A stretch of DNA of 59,954 nt, filler included, from Sphacelaria rigidula (lineage: Eukaryota), in NCBI GenBank assembly GCA_964200075.2. It is 10 parts of 10 records of this genome, joined end to end, with 100 filler letters (N's around TTAATTAATTAA, not from the genome) between each part and the next. Parts side by side here need not be neighbours in the genome. Positions count along the whole stretch, not along the records: positions 12,013 to 17,918 come from CAXNAA020023590.1; positions 18,019 to 23,924 come from CAXNAA020023591.1; positions 24,025 to 29,929 come from CAXNAA020023592.1; 7 more parts are not named here. One strand, given 5' to 3'. Of this stretch, positions 12,999 through 26,954 are shown in pieces. Below the pieces are notes generated by a model, which ran no database searches, was not told where the DNA came from, and saw only the letters and a list, made by a program, of their open reading frames with translations. Every line of letters begins with the position of its first letter. Position 1 is the stretch's first letter. The position numbers and the translations under genes were made by a program.

Positions 12999-14146
12999 TT
13001 AATGGAAATGATGGATCCCGGAAAGGTTGGACACTCGACGATCGCAAGCGTTCAGGAAGCGCAGCGCCGAGAAATTAACGAGTTTCTATTGCAGGAACAA
13101 AGTGAGTCATGATAGGCCTTTGGAAACCAACCCATGTACACGTAGGCACCAGCAGTGTGCGACGAAGAGCACTAAGGACCGTGCCCAAGAGAGTAAGGGA
13201 TGACTTGAGTCACCGAGCGATAAGCTAACAAGGGTACTCAACAATCGATACGAGTGATTCAGATAAGCACAGGCAGAGTGGATTCACCATCCACGGCTGG
13301 TGTACCCACAAATTCATCCCATACTAACTGACAAGAAGAGTAGACATGAAGATACACGAGTATTCTTTGATGCGGAGTTTTACATACCCTACCCGCCAGG
13401 CAGAGTGCTGTCTAAAAACCGCACATCGTCAATTGTCTACTGATCATCGGCTCCAGCTCACCCAGAAATACCGAGAAGTAGGACCCAATTTGATGAACCA
13501 CTCGCCCAATGAAACAGGTATGCGGAGATAGACATCGAGGGATGGCGCATTTTCTCGGTGTTGTTACTTTCAATATTATGGAGGCATTTTCCAACGATTA
13601 TAATTCATCATCCACGGCGCCCATTGGAGACAGTCATGCTCCAAGGCCTAACATATGCAGACTGGAGGGGCAGACGTCCTCGGAAGAAACGGGTCCACAT
13701 CAGCACGGCAAGGTGGCGCTACAGACCTCTGTACAGGCTGAGGCAGCCGGATGGGAAAGTATGCATATCACTGAGGACGGGGAAGCAATTAGTACACGGA
13801 ATGTATTACGGCAGAGTACTGCACGATGAAGGTGATACTGTGTGCTAGTACCCATCAGTACAACGAGTACGATCGTGCTGACGGTACGATGCGAATCATG
13901 CATGGTCAGAGCTGGAATACCCGCGATCCATCCGTGAAGATGAAAAATTATAACTTGCACTGTCCTATTCTGAATCCATGTGCAATGTAACATAAAAGCC
14001 GCAAAAGAGCGACGAAGCGACTGTCGGAAAAAGTATACGTGAGAGCACCTGCTGAACGATTTTTCGAATGGTTCATAATACCACCGTAACCGCTCTTGTC
14101 CTCGTGTGAAAATTCGTGTCACCTGGCCACGTAAGTCTGGCACTAT

Positions 14147-16708
14147 CTAGAAGGAGACGTCGCTCCCTCCCCGGACAGCTCCATAGCGGTCTTTGGCATA
14201 CAACACTGTCCTGTTCGGCTTGGCTGCATGGTCGTTTCTTGCTCGACACGGCGTATAAAAGCCAAGGTCACCTCCCTCTAAGATATGGAGAACCTTATCT
14301 GGTGGTTATTCCCCGTCTTGGTGCCAGGCTCGATCGACAGGGGGTCGACGTGAACAACGACGCTGGATATATCTGCCCCTGCCCCCCGCTCTGTCTCGAA
14401 AGGGATGCGTGGTCAATGGTCAAGCATCTAAGGCAAGCAACAAATGAGTACCCCCTCCCCCCTCCCCCCTGCCTCCTGCGTGGTCCAGCGAAAACCCGAC
14501 GTGTTCCGTCCCAGCTTTGTATGGACGGACCCCCTATGGGAGGTTGGCGTCGGTTGGCAAGAGCGCTGTAACACTCGTCACTCACTGCGTAAGCTAGGCA
14601 ACCAGGTTACCGATTTTTTTGCGCGCTTGCGGTTTTCTTGCGGTAACCATCATGGTGGCCGAGCCGGATCATATTGTGCGGGGTGGGAGAACCTCGATTC
14701 CGCGCAAAGGGGATTGTCATACTACATAGTGTTTCAATGGTGAGACAACAATGAGGCAGTGTGGAACGCGTGACTGTGTCCGGAAATGGCGATACCAGAG
14801 AATGAAGCAACGCATTGGAGGCTGTGATCCAAATGCGAGATAATCAGTAGGCTTAGGGCCGACAAACCTTAGCAGGATGCAGTGCACCCATCATGCGACT
14901 CGCTGAACGCGTCACGGCGCTTCGCGCTTAGTGGTTGATTGCGAGCCTGGTGCGACGAAAACCCAACGTGCTCCGTCCCGGCTTTGTAGGGATGTGAAGT
15001 CAATTGTCATATGACTATCGCATGCAAGACCAAAAGTACCCCCACCCCCCCACACACACGCCCTGCCTCCCGCACGGATTCAATCTCGTTTCCCTCTAGA
15101 ATCATTATTAGAACCCGATCTAATTTTCGGAATCACCGCAGCATCGTGCATGAATCATTCCTTCAACCAAGGCAGGGAACAAAACGCCTTGGGTCGCCAG
15201 AACTGCTGCGTCAATACTTACCTGCGGCTTCAAGCCGCACATACGTGAAGTTTAGAAACATCAGACGCCAGGTGTGCTATGTTTGGGAGCCTTATCTTCG
15301 AAAATGCCGCCTCCATATGAACCCTTTGGTAATCCTCCCCTACCGTCCCCCGTCCGAACGCCTCATCATTTCAAGCGCTGACAAAAAACAAAAGACTGGA
15401 AACGAAAATACAGACCACAACCATTTTTACGGCGGAAGGCCACAGAAGAACCCACCAACATACGTCATGCTCGCACCAGAAATGTCGGGTTAGTTTTATC
15501 GAATGAGGGGACGCAACGGGCAAAGTATGTTCATTACTAAGCACGCAGCAAAAACCAGCGCCGCGGCCTCTGGATTTCATGCAACAAAAATCAGCACCAC
15601 CGGAATATTTTCTTCATATTTAGTCCCGTGTGGCACTGCAGCACACATTTATATAGGTGACGCACCCCACCGGAGTATTGCTGTGCCGCAGTCCGGAGGT
15701 CGTGCCCGCCCAGCACTTGCCAAGCGCAGTGTTATTCCTTGTCCATATTATGGAGGCGGTGTGTGTGGGAGAATGTATACCTTTTAGCAGCTGCTGTCAC
15801 ATTCCGCAGTTTCAATTGTCTGAGACAAAGAATGGAAATCATCACGGCAAGAGAAGTGGGCACTTCCAGCGTCAAGAGCTCGCTTCACGGGTGGTGAGCG
15901 GAGGTGGAAAAAACACCATCACGCACTAGACCTGTCACAGCACACACCGCAAGCGATTGCTACTGAAACGAGGTCCCGTCCCGGTAGTACACGACAAAGT
16001 TGTGCAGGGTTCTCTACATGCCGGCCCGCCCCGCGCGCACGGCTTTCAAATCACACTTGTAAACAGTATATTTGTATGATACTGCTTGCTGTCTGTGTGT
16101 ACCGAGGGGTGGTACGTGGTGTACCACCCCTCGCTCCGCCACACCTTGTACAGCGGTCGGTGTTGCAGCTGAGCGTGCCTTTGCCCCAGGTGGCGCACGC
16201 AGGAGTAAAAGGCCGCCTCTGCCGCTGTAATGCCCGCCTGTATCTTTAGCGGAGCTGTATAGTAACACAGCCGATATGGCGCGGAAGCCGGCTGTAACAT
16301 CTTAAACCGTGGAGACTTCTAATCTGTCTTGAAATGATACCGCGCGCAGTTTGCACTTTGCGTATTACCCACCGTTGCAGCACGAAATATCTTCGACAGT
16401 ATTTTGTGCACAGTACATTTTTTAAAATATATACTGACTGTAGAAAGCTGTTACCCAGGGTGTATCATAATTAATTTCCACATATATTAGGCGGGGAGAT
16501 CGTGAAATAACCCAAAGCACATGGCCAAAGGGAAGTGAGGTAATCACCGAAATACTCACGTGCAAAGCGTGTGCGGAGAAAATCTAAGTTGACAAGGCTA
16601 GAAGAATACCAGTGCAACGCCCACTCCGGCTGCCAGCCTGTTTGCACGGCCGTCCCGGTAGTGGTGGGATTGTCTGTGCCGGGATGTCGCCCTCAGTACC
16701 AGGTACGC
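14147..16708 (-). CDS. Putative 3' part of a multi-exon gene of unknown product (exons 16610-16708, 16103-16237, 15222-15276, 14147-14277)
   Basis: Internal exons are AG/GT-bounded with compatible phases (0,0,1) and join into one frame ending in TAG: AYLVLR...RLAAGVGVAL|AGITAAEAAFY...WYTTYHPS|HTWRLMFLNFTYVRLEAA|EGGDLGFY...GGSDVSF*. No family recognised. Confidence 0.45.
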
Positions 16709-17858
16709 CTGCAAGGGCCTGTCACGCAACCCACCGGTCGCACGACAGGAGCTTAACCTTCGACTATCGACCGTTTGGAGCGGAAACGTTCACCTCCCAA
16801 CCCTGATATATATACAGGCTGGTTCACGGTGATCACCCAAAATTGTGTCATCAGCAAATGCCTTTCGCAATACGCACCCAATAGTCACATATATGGTATC
16901 ATACTGACCGCAATGAAGAGACGAAGAGGGTGACATAGCCGGTTTTTTGTTTAAGGCCGTGGCGGTGGCGCTATGGACGAAAATGTGTCTCAGTCAATCA
17001 GCGCCCTTCAAACTGTTCCGAGATAGAAACTATGATTATCAAGCCCAATTTTCACCCAATTTCTCCCTACATGCTTCAAATCGCAGTAACCGTCATCGAC
17101 ACGGGAATCTAAAGAGAAAATTATATTTTTAAAACGGTTTCTACGGGGGTCGAACTTTACCCGAAACCGTGATGTTTCGGTGACGGCGGGTGTTGGCGTC
17201 TAATTTCCACTAATGATACGCACGAAAGACCCAGGGAGCCTCGTGACGGTGTCCCCTATATCTGTTGTAGAAAAGCTCAGATCGCCCTCAAACTCAGCAA
17301 TTCTGTAGGTATTGATGCTCAGAATGGAAAAATTGTATTCTTGACAATATATCATGGTTTCTCCGTTCTCTACCGGCTTCCGGGGGTCCCAGCATGAAGA
17401 TCCTCGAAAGGCGGTACAGAATGCCCTAAAATAAAAATAATGAAAACATGTGTCCCGGGAGAGTCCAACGAACACATGTATAAAATTTGGTGGAGAAAAT
17501 CGAAAACCTCATACAGTTTTTCTTGCCTTGACGTCAAAGTCACCCCAAAGGACGTTTTGATACTAACACCAAGTAGTTAGGAGTTGCACGTTTCAAGCCC
17601 ACGTCCTCCACAAACGCGCAAACTTTCATGCTGTCATCAGGAGTTAGATCCTGAAACTTTGCGTAAATATGCTATGTATCATTTTGCAACTTTCTACGGA
17701 CGATGTTTTTGTACTTAGTTTTTTCACCGTTTTGGGGGGGTCCGACGGGATCGAAGTCATTTTTCGAAGTAGTCTCCATTTTGGGACCCCAGAAAAACGG
17801 CACTACGTTGTTTTTTCTTCATTTTTTCGCGGACTATCTGCCTCCGCCTAAACCAAGG

Positions 17859-17859
<1 letters not shown>

Positions 17860-17915
<56 letters not shown>
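17860..17915 (+). repeat. (ATT)n microsatellite at contig end
   Basis: About 18 ATT units. Confidence 0.95.
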
Positions 17916-18353
17916 TCCNNNNNNNNNNNNNNNNNNNNNNNNNNNNNNNNNNNNNNNNNNNNTTAATTAATTAANNNNNNNNNNNNNNNNNNNNNNNNNN
18001 NNNNNNNNNNNNNNNNNNAAGGGTCTCTTGAGCATGACATACTTTTTCTTCCCAACGCCTACCGACTCTCAAACTTTTGAGTGAAGGTGAAAAATCGTCG
18101 GAAAAAAAAAAAAAAAACGATTCGAGTGACTCAAAGGTTGTAAGTTGTAGTACTGTAGACTACAGAGAAGACCAACAACAACAACAACAACAACACTGAA
18201 GCTCGAGAAACGCAAGATAATTCACCCATGGGGCATGATGGGCTGGCTCTAAATCAAGAGAGAAAAAAAGAGAGTGAGAGTTAGAAGCGTCACTCCACGA
18301 TACATCATAGCACCATTGTGTACAAAATGAGAGTTCAGGGATACTTGACTCAC

Positions 18354-18430
18354 GAAAACTTCCAAGGCCATCTCGATGTTTGCGTTGAACGTCAAGTCCG
18401 TGTTTGCCGAAATTCCGCTGTATTTCATAT
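18354..18430 (-). CDS. Putative internal exon of an unknown gene
   Basis: T-rich tract plus CAG acceptor and GTGAGT donor; reads (D)MKYSGISANTDLTFNANIEMALEVF. Confidence 0.35.
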
Positions 18431-20673
18431 CTGCGATCTTCTCCACCAAAAAGACAAAAAAAAAAACAACGGCACAATGAACATACGGCACGGACACGGT
18501 GGAAGGGAAGGGAGGGGAACGAAATGAGCACAACAAACGATCACCTCAACAGTTTTTGCGCGTATTGCAAATGAAAAAAAAAAATCAGAATACGTCCTGT
18601 GTGCCACGAGTGGTTGTTGTTGTTGTTGTTGTTGTCTTCACATTAAAAATCGTTCCGATATCTGCGCGTTACATTCCTACTGGGCATCTGATGCGGACGC
18701 CCTCCGTGGTCACAGGCTAGCTACCTATAATAAGGTATGAGGAAAATAAATTTAAAAAAAGACCTAGATTAAAACTCACAAAACGCGATACAAGCAAAAC
18801 AGGGATAAATAATAGAGAAGAAAGAGAATACATATGGCTAACCTCAGGAGATCCGGTGCCGGAGGTGGCCATTCGGACTTCAGGGGGTGGCACCCGGCTT
18901 TCCAATTCGGCGCGCGAGGCCAAGTATACATGAACATAGGGTCTGACTACTGCCGAAACTGACAGCCCCAAAAACCACCAACCAAAGAACTAAGAATCGC
19001 AAGGTTCCACCTTTCGACCTCTCGAGGGACAGCCATACGTACAAGCATACAAGGTGTCTCAACACAAGCACTGCGTGACATAACGACACCCCTCATTGGT
19101 AAAGTCCGCCATGGGGTGGAGGTTGTGCGTCCCCAATGGAAGGTACTCACGGTGCTATGTAATGAGGTTTGTTGAACACATATACTCATGGAGGCGCCCG
19201 TTATAGAAAATGAAAAAAAACACGAGAAACAAAAAAACGAGTTACACTGAGAATGTTCGGGACGAAAATGCCCATTTGGGGGGGAGGGGGAATGTTCTGG
19301 CAAATATTATGGTATTTGTTATAAGAAATCGTCCCCCCCCCCTTTTTTTTCTTTTTTTTTCATATAATAGTTTAGACGTTTGATCACCCACCATCTACCA
19401 CAACCACGACGGACTCTCCCGTGCAGAGACCCCTTCACGTCGTAAACGGGGGCGCCGCCCCGAAGCATCACTGCACCACCGATACCCAATGGCGATGTAA
19501 ATAGCACTGACCATTCCGTCAGGCAACTCCAGGGTGTCGAGAGGCATTCTATGATAGGTCCGCTCACCAAGCGCTACCGTGTTGGTCACGAGTACCGGAC
19601 GAAACAACGGAAAAATTTCAAATCTCGAATATACACCAGGGAGCTCGATTTCTCCAGTAAACGTCGGAGTGGGCGGCCGTCGCTTCTTACTCCATCAAAC
19701 GCCGGGACGCTCCAGGTGGTGAACAAGCAGGATGGGGAAATTCTTTTTCACGTATATACCCCCGGAACAGGTGGCGAAACATCTCCGTTTTTGAGGCGAC
19801 TGGATTTTTCGCGTCCGTTCGCCCATGCCGGGTAACGCGTGTAACAATCAAATAAACCGAAAGGGTTCAGCTGAAAAAACGTCAAAGATTCTAAAAACGA
19901 GTCATCGTCGAAGGCATAATACACAGTCAAGGGGTCCATGTAAACATAACAGACCTTACTTACAGTATGGCACAGAGGAAGGATGTGAAGAGCCATTGGT
20001 CGTTCAGTTGCCACTGAAAAATGCAAAACAAAACTGCACTGTGCATGTACAGATCGGGTAAGCCCTTTTTTTTTCCCACTCCGAAACTACTGCTTAAATG
20101 TAAGCAGTAGTTTCCAGTGAGTCCGCGCGTGCCAAAGCGAGGTTTTCTGACGTGATCTGAATCCGCGAACAACCCTGTTGCAAAGATCCCTGAATGCCTC
20201 GGAAGCTCAGCCGTCACCATTTTTCACCACAGGTTTAATGGCAACGAAGAAGAACTGTGTGTGCAGACGCAGCCTCCGCTTGTTTGCTAGCTGTACCCCG
20301 GCGAATGCAATGCGTTTTGTCAGCATATACACCCGATACCCAACCCTCTGGTCGATAAGGTGGGTGATCCGAGCCCTCGAAAGTCCATTCTCCAAGTGGA
20401 AAATGACATGAGTTCGATTCAACTGGTGACCCGCCCTGGCGTTCACAGGGTTGTTGAGAGACCCTTTGACCGCCAATGGTATTCTGTTCCGATATTTTTC
20501 CGCTGATAGTTTCTCGCGTCTTTCGGAGGATGACTTTTGTAAGCGCTGGTAGGTGGACGCGAAATGGACGTGAGCGGTGAGCAGGGATGTACATGAAACT
20601 AAAAATTAAGTTTCAGCGCACATTCTCCTCGGATTATTCCTCCGTTTTCACTAAAAAAATATATATACATATA

Positions 20674-20869
20674 GTGAGATTGTGAAGATAAGGATGATGA
20701 TTTGACGAAAAACCCACGTGAAGCAACAACCATTTTACGTTCCCTTTCTTATTTAATTTTGTGAGAATGGATGGGAAAATCTGATAAAAATGCGAAAGAG
20801 AACTCAAAATGGTTACCGCACGTGGGCTTTTTGTCAGTCACAATCTTCCCTCATTTTTCACAATCGCCC
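20674..20869. mobile_element. Degenerate MITE-like inverted-repeat element
   Basis: Left arm gagattgtgaagataagg..cccacgtg..aaccatttt..gttc.ctttc pairs imperfectly with right arm gaaagagaactcaaaatggtt..cacgtggg..ttcacaatcgc. Confidence 0.65.
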
Positions 20870-22493
20870 GGATAACTGTATTATGGGCGTACAGCGACCT
20901 TCTCAGATGGTTGAGAGAAAAAGGTGAACATATTCTCCCTCCATACGCCATGCTGTTGTGTATGTACTGACATGCCCGAACACCGAACACGCCCTAGATC
21001 TGAAGCTGTTAAGAGTAGGGCGGCGCATGTTTTAGTGGGTCGGACCCCCGCACGGCCTTGAGCAAAGCTTGCGGACGCTCGAGGCGCCTACCTCGCATAA
21101 CTGCCGCCGTGAGGTAGTCTAGCCGAGCCTCCGAGTAATCTCCACACGAACCCGCTTGCGTGGTAACTGTTGGGTCAGGTTTCCTCCTTCCTCCAAGGAA
21201 AAAACAAAAGAGAAATGCCCGTACATGCATCATCACATGTACGGCTGGTGCGATCGCTGCTGCTGGACTATTTTCGCTGTGCTGAGACGGCAGTGTAGCC
21301 GGGCGTGCCTCGTGCATGAATGACTACGGATGCGCGACACATGCATGGGAATGCCCTCTCCTGTGTAGACGTTGTCCCATCACCAAAAACAATTATTCCG
21401 AGTCTCCCCTCCAAAAGCCTGCCCATTTAGCGCCCACCTAGTTATCAAGGCTTTCAGAGGGCTGATAATATTCTACTTGACATGACACCCAATTCTTCAT
21501 TTTATCACCGTACCTATCGAAAACATAAAATATCTTACTGGTAAACATGTGAGAATACAACTGGGCCCGACTGAAGCTCCAGTTTCTTTGGTCGACGATC
21601 GTATTCGTTTGAGAAGAATAAGTCTCGCTTTGCTGGATGGACCAATATGCCTGAACCGCGGGCCGCTACTATGTCATCGTTTCGGAATATTCTTCTGTGC
21701 GAGCAAAAGGAGCGATGAAAGCTCAAGCTGAAAGCCGTTGTGCGGGTACAGTTGGTACTGGCTACTTCAGCAATATTCATCAATCCGTGTAGGTCGAGAT
21801 CTGCCTGCCACAGACCAACTTCTTTGACAGTACACTATGATTGCCATGTCATGAGTAAAAAACACCCACCCACAGTAAATTGCGAAGCATCTACAGTGAA
21901 TTCCGGAGCATATCAGTGGAGGTAGTGTGTACACTGAGAGGTGATTGCTACGCTCTGAGCTGCTTCGTCGGCGCAATCGGCGCCAGCGAAGTGAGCCATG
22001 CAAGTGAAGCAAATCCTGAGGATTACTATGTATTGCACCACTATTGATACTTGGTCGAAATCTGTGATAGGCGCGCTACTTCACCATTAACAGTCAATCA
22101 TAGTATATTTTCTTCCAGAAAACAACAGCTTCAAAAACTGAGAATTCTCATCGTCTGGGGTGTTGACACTCCGCAACCCGCAGTGGAAGGATATAGGTCA
22201 TACAGAGGGCAGAACGGTAAGGATCACACGACCGTCCAATATCCATGGAACGTGAACGAAAGAGGAGCGCGTAGATCATCACCTTTGTGCCCGAGAGATA
22301 GCGTGTGATATTGAGTTTTCCCCCCTTCTGCTTGTCACGGATGGTCGGACCGCCATAATTGTGTACGCTGTTTATCCGACACGAACCAAGACAAAGCAGT
22401 GCGCGTTCACAGCTCTACCAGGCACGAACAGCGCGAGTTGCGTTCAGCAAACGGACACAAAAGCTGCGGGATCTGTTGACTTACGGTATATCG

Positions 22494-23751
22494 TATGGCT
22501 GTGAACTGGCAACTCTGATCAGTCAAGATTAAACTGGCCGCTGGCGCGGCTAATACATAGATGTTTTCGCTGATTAAGTGGGAAAACGTCGGCGGCGAGC
22601 GACGCAGCCGCGAGCTCCAACGCCCCCCCCCCCCCCGGCTGGTGAGGGGGCCTCGCGGGGAGGCCGCCAGAGGCAAGAGAATTTGTGGTATTTGGCTTGC
22701 TTTCCCTTGAAAAATGTGGATATTGGAACAAATGTGACCCCTCACGTTGAGGAGCTAAGAGGTTTAGGCGACATTAAAACCCCATTCGAAGGGGTGAGCG
22801 ATTCGAAAAACATTAATCTGCAGTATGAAACAGCAGAGACTCTCCGTGAGGCGCGGAGATTGAGAACACGGAAGGGAAGGCTAAGAGCACGTGGGGATAC
22901 GAGCGCAAAGTGATTTACGTCCGGGCCGACAAACAGGCATGTAGTTGAATAGCAAGCCATGGTGTATTTTGTATTTTGTGGTCACGAGTTACCGTTTTCT
23001 ATCTTTGTTTTCGGGTGTCGTGTAATGAAACGACAAAGCGTGGCGTATCCGCTGTATCACTTCGAGGTGTATAGTGAGCATGTGCTGCATCATGTTCAAA
23101 ACACTCTTCATCATGCAACTGGCAATCGGCAACTAGGGTTTGGCGTTCGGCAGTTCCGCATCAAGCGCCCCGCCGTATATAAGTTACAGTTCCTTGTTTT
23201 TTCTTAATTTTCTTCATTCGATGGACCAGCCATCGATCCACACGCTACGGCCGAAAAAGATGGAAAACTGCAGAACCATGAGGTACCAGCGAAGCAGACG
23301 GGACAAAAAGAGCAGAAAACACCTGAAGTAGTCAGCTAGTGAATGACTGAGGGCAAACCCGTTCTTCATGTGCTATGGTACCGCTACAGAACGCCGAACC
23401 TATGCTGTACAAGCCTACCGACACGCAAGACGAAGCATGAAGCTGTGCACCACTGCTTCCCGCATCATTGTCGCGAGCAATTTCCGCCGACGCCTCCGAA
23501 GCGTCCTCCGTCTCAATTGATATCCCAATTTATTTACAGCTGAAAAAAGTTCAGCCCTCAATTGTACGGTTAAATCATATATAATAGTGTAAACATCTTT
23601 GTTATAAAATCACCGTACTAAAATTGATACAACAATAGCCGGTAACGGCAAACTCCAAAGAACTGGAGAAACTGGCGCCCTCGTCGCCAGTTCCAGTTTA
23701 AGTCAAGCTATAGTTTAATCAACAGTATAAATTGGTCAGTTCACAGCCCTA
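22494..23751. mobile_element. Non-autonomous hAT-type DNA transposon, copy 2
   Basis: TIRs TATGGCTGTGAAC...GTTCACAGCCCTA; 8-bp TSD gtatatcg / gtatatcc (7/8); colinear with 8925-10213. Confidence 0.9.
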
Positions 23752-25998
23752 GTATATCCGCCCTTCAAATATCACTCCCCGCGTCCCTCACCAGTACGCC
23801 ACGAGCCCCCTGCGGCGGAAGACTAGGGTTTGAATCCCAGAAGATACGATTCTTTCAAGGGTCGGACAAATAATGATCCGTCTGGAAGTTAGTTGGTTTT
23901 AGTATGATGAGTCGACTCGTGACGNNNNNNNNNNNNNNNNNNNNNNNNNNNNNNNNNNNNNNNNNNNNTTAATTAATTAANNNNNNNNNNNNNNNNNNNN
24001 NNNNNNNNNNNNNNNNNNNNNNNNGATTATCTTGCATTTGGATGTCAGCCTACAATGAATTGCTTCATTATTTGGTATCGCCACTTCCAGAGACAGAAAC
24101 GGTTTATACACTGCCTCATGGGTGTCTAACCAGCGGGGGGGGCGGGGGGGTATCTTAGAAAGTGTCCCCAACAAGTGTGTTATACGGCTGGCTACCGGGA
24201 GCGTTTAACAGAAATTATCTTTGCATAGAGCGACGTTTCGAAGTGATTCCTTCATGCGAGGAGTGACTTGAAAATATCGCTCCCGTGGTTGTAGAATAAT
24301 TCTGATGGTCGCACTCACCATTGATCCCTCCGCATGCTTCAGACGTATGCTTGCGGCGCTTGAAAAGCCGAAAAAAACAAAGGGATTGGGATCATTATTA
24401 TCAAAGAACAGCCCGAAAGTAGTCAACAGATCTCTCACAAAGCCATGCCCATAGAAGTTGCATCTCATTATCATTGTGTCAGGTGCGGAAGGAATCGGAG
24501 AGGCTCAAATCTGCTCATAAGAAGGTCTCGTAAATCGGGTCATCTCCGTGCTCTTCGATTGCCGTCTGTGCAAACTGTCGGCAGGTTGCCGAACTGTTCT
24601 TATCCTCACGACAAGCGGGTCAGAGTGGACTTCTTTGCGGTTTTGCAAAAAACATCGGCAGTTCCCGCGATAGAAGAGGGAAGCAAAAGTCATCACTGTG
24701 TCATATCTCGCCCTGCCTTCAACCTCACCCATCAAACTTCGGTCCAGACTTCCGAAAACAGCGGGTATACGGGGGACGTGGAAGTCATAACCACACGACT
24801 ATCGTACACCGCGCTCCAACTGTGCGGAATACTTATGTGCGTGTACGTATTGATCCGGAGGCACTTGTTTTTATTTTCAACTTCGTATGCAATCACAATC
24901 GTCGATTTTTCCAACGTGCATGTTATCGGAGAGCGACTAATATACCATACCGCGGTACGGGAAAGCAATATTTCCTGTCTCATAAGTTAGGGTACCTAAA
25001 TTTCTACAGGCCCTCAACCGTGTCCGATCTGTTTTGGGATTTTTTCGTTGAAATCTTAGGTGTTTTTCGAGCAACAAACTTTTCGTTTTTCGAACGGTCG
25101 AAAAAAATCAATCGGCCCAAAAAATGGCCGTATTTCACCCCTTTCCCACGGGACAACTCTGGCTGCATGACCATCGCAATCTCTACCGCCATTGCGCAGC
25201 GGCCAGGAACCGGTTTCTCCTCGTCCCGTTTGCGAGGTGGGGGTGTGCTGGGGGGCGAGTCCATCGCTAGAATGATGTAGTAGGCAGTTAGGGTACTAAA
25301 CGTGGACGTTTTCGAGATTTTTTCGAGATTTTTCCGAGAATTCTCAAAAACATGCTCAAAAATATTCCTAAAATAGACCAAAATAGGGTATACTTTAACC
25401 CATTGTAGGTGAAGGAATAGAACCCTGTTTTTTTTTCTGCTTCTCCAGCTTCGTCTTCGTTTTATCTTTTATAACAAATCCGACTATACTATCCTCACGA
25501 ACACGGTTGTACCCAGACAAAGTATTGCCCATAGGTACCCTGACCTATGAGACAGAGAAAGTATTTTTTCGAAGTAGTGTATTCTACTTTTAAACCATGG
25601 CTGGGGAGCCTGGCATAGCTGATTGCATTAATAGTTCCTCCCACGACACCACCATCGTCCTATCATGGTAGCTTGTGATGGCACCATACTAGCACCGTGC
25701 GATCTTTCATGAAAATTCCATGGGGTAGCATATATTACGAAAGATCCATGAGATCCGTCGTCAACCCGGTTCATCGAAAACCTTTTGTGCGATCTTTTTT
25801 TTTCCCCTTGATGGAAGGAGGAAACCTGCGATCTTTTGTGCAGTACTGTCATCGTCGTTGTGTACCGATGTGGTGCGCAACCGTGACTGTCGCGTGTGTG
25901 CGTTTATGGAGGGGGGGGAGGGTGCTCATTTGTTGTCTGCGTTAGTCATTTGACCATTGACCACGCATCCTTTTCGAGACGGAGCAAGGGATGGGGGG

Positions 25999-26000
<2 letters not shown>

Positions 26001-26043
<43 letters not shown>

Positions 26044-26069
26044 CGCGCTCGCGCGTGTGTGTGCGTGTG
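26001..26069. repeat. Compound (GT)n(GC)n microsatellite
   Basis: About 17 GT units followed by GC units and more GT. Confidence 0.95.
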
Positions 26070-26954
26070 GTTCAGTGCTCCCGGGAAGTACCGTACCATC
26101 TGCGAGCCTCACTATGCCATGAACTTACACCCACACCCACACCCACAGAAGTCTAGTGTGCGTCAGTACGGTATACAGGGCATCTAGGCTATACGCTTGT
26201 CGGGGTACACATGCAGGGTATACACGCCATAAGAGTGATGCTACGGTAGGGATGCACAAATATTTTCTGAGGTTAGAATTGTTGGGAGCCCTACATCTCA
26301 TCCAAAACACCACTTACGAAATATGTGAGAGGACGCCAGGATTACTATTTCAATGTGCTACAGATATGCCGAATGAAATTTCAAACTGGGATGCCCTGAC
26401 CCAAAGTCTTGTGCAATCTAGAATCGTGAGGAGCCCCTGAACCAGACAAAATCTCGCGCAAAAAGTGCACCCCTACCGTAACATTGCTCATAAGTCGGGT
26501 GTACATGAAGGCTATGCGCTTTCGTAGAGTGTACGCGTGGGCTGACTGCTATGTACCAGCACCATATTTGTGCTGCATCAATTGCGGCGTCATGAATCTG
26601 CCATACTATTAATACTAGGTGCCAACACCATGGTTGTGCAGTATCATTTTAGTATTATGGATTTGTCCCAGTTGTACCGTGGCACGGCCATCCACATATC
26701 AGCGCATGAAGGTGGCATGGAAGTACTGTGATAGTTGCATGAAACCGTCACGGAGTTACTTTGGAACAGCTGTCGCGGTGCGGTGGTCTAACTGCGGTAG
26801 GGGATTCGATTCCCAGCAGAGGTGGCCCTATAGGTTCTCTTTCTCGTAGTCATGCTGCTACAAGGGTGGCGGGGGGGGTTGGTTCCACGCGATATAGGGT
26901 CTATACGTATGTCAGACGAGATAACACACTCGCGGTGCGCTTGTATTCCGGTAA

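Noticed and set aside
14385..14460. Hammerhead ribozyme or retrozyme in the high-copy monomer
   Set aside because: I found no CUGANGA...GAAA core in either orientation.
16813..16850. Tc1/mariner-like terminus TA|CAGGCTGGTTCAC
   Set aside because: No matching inverted end found in the contig.
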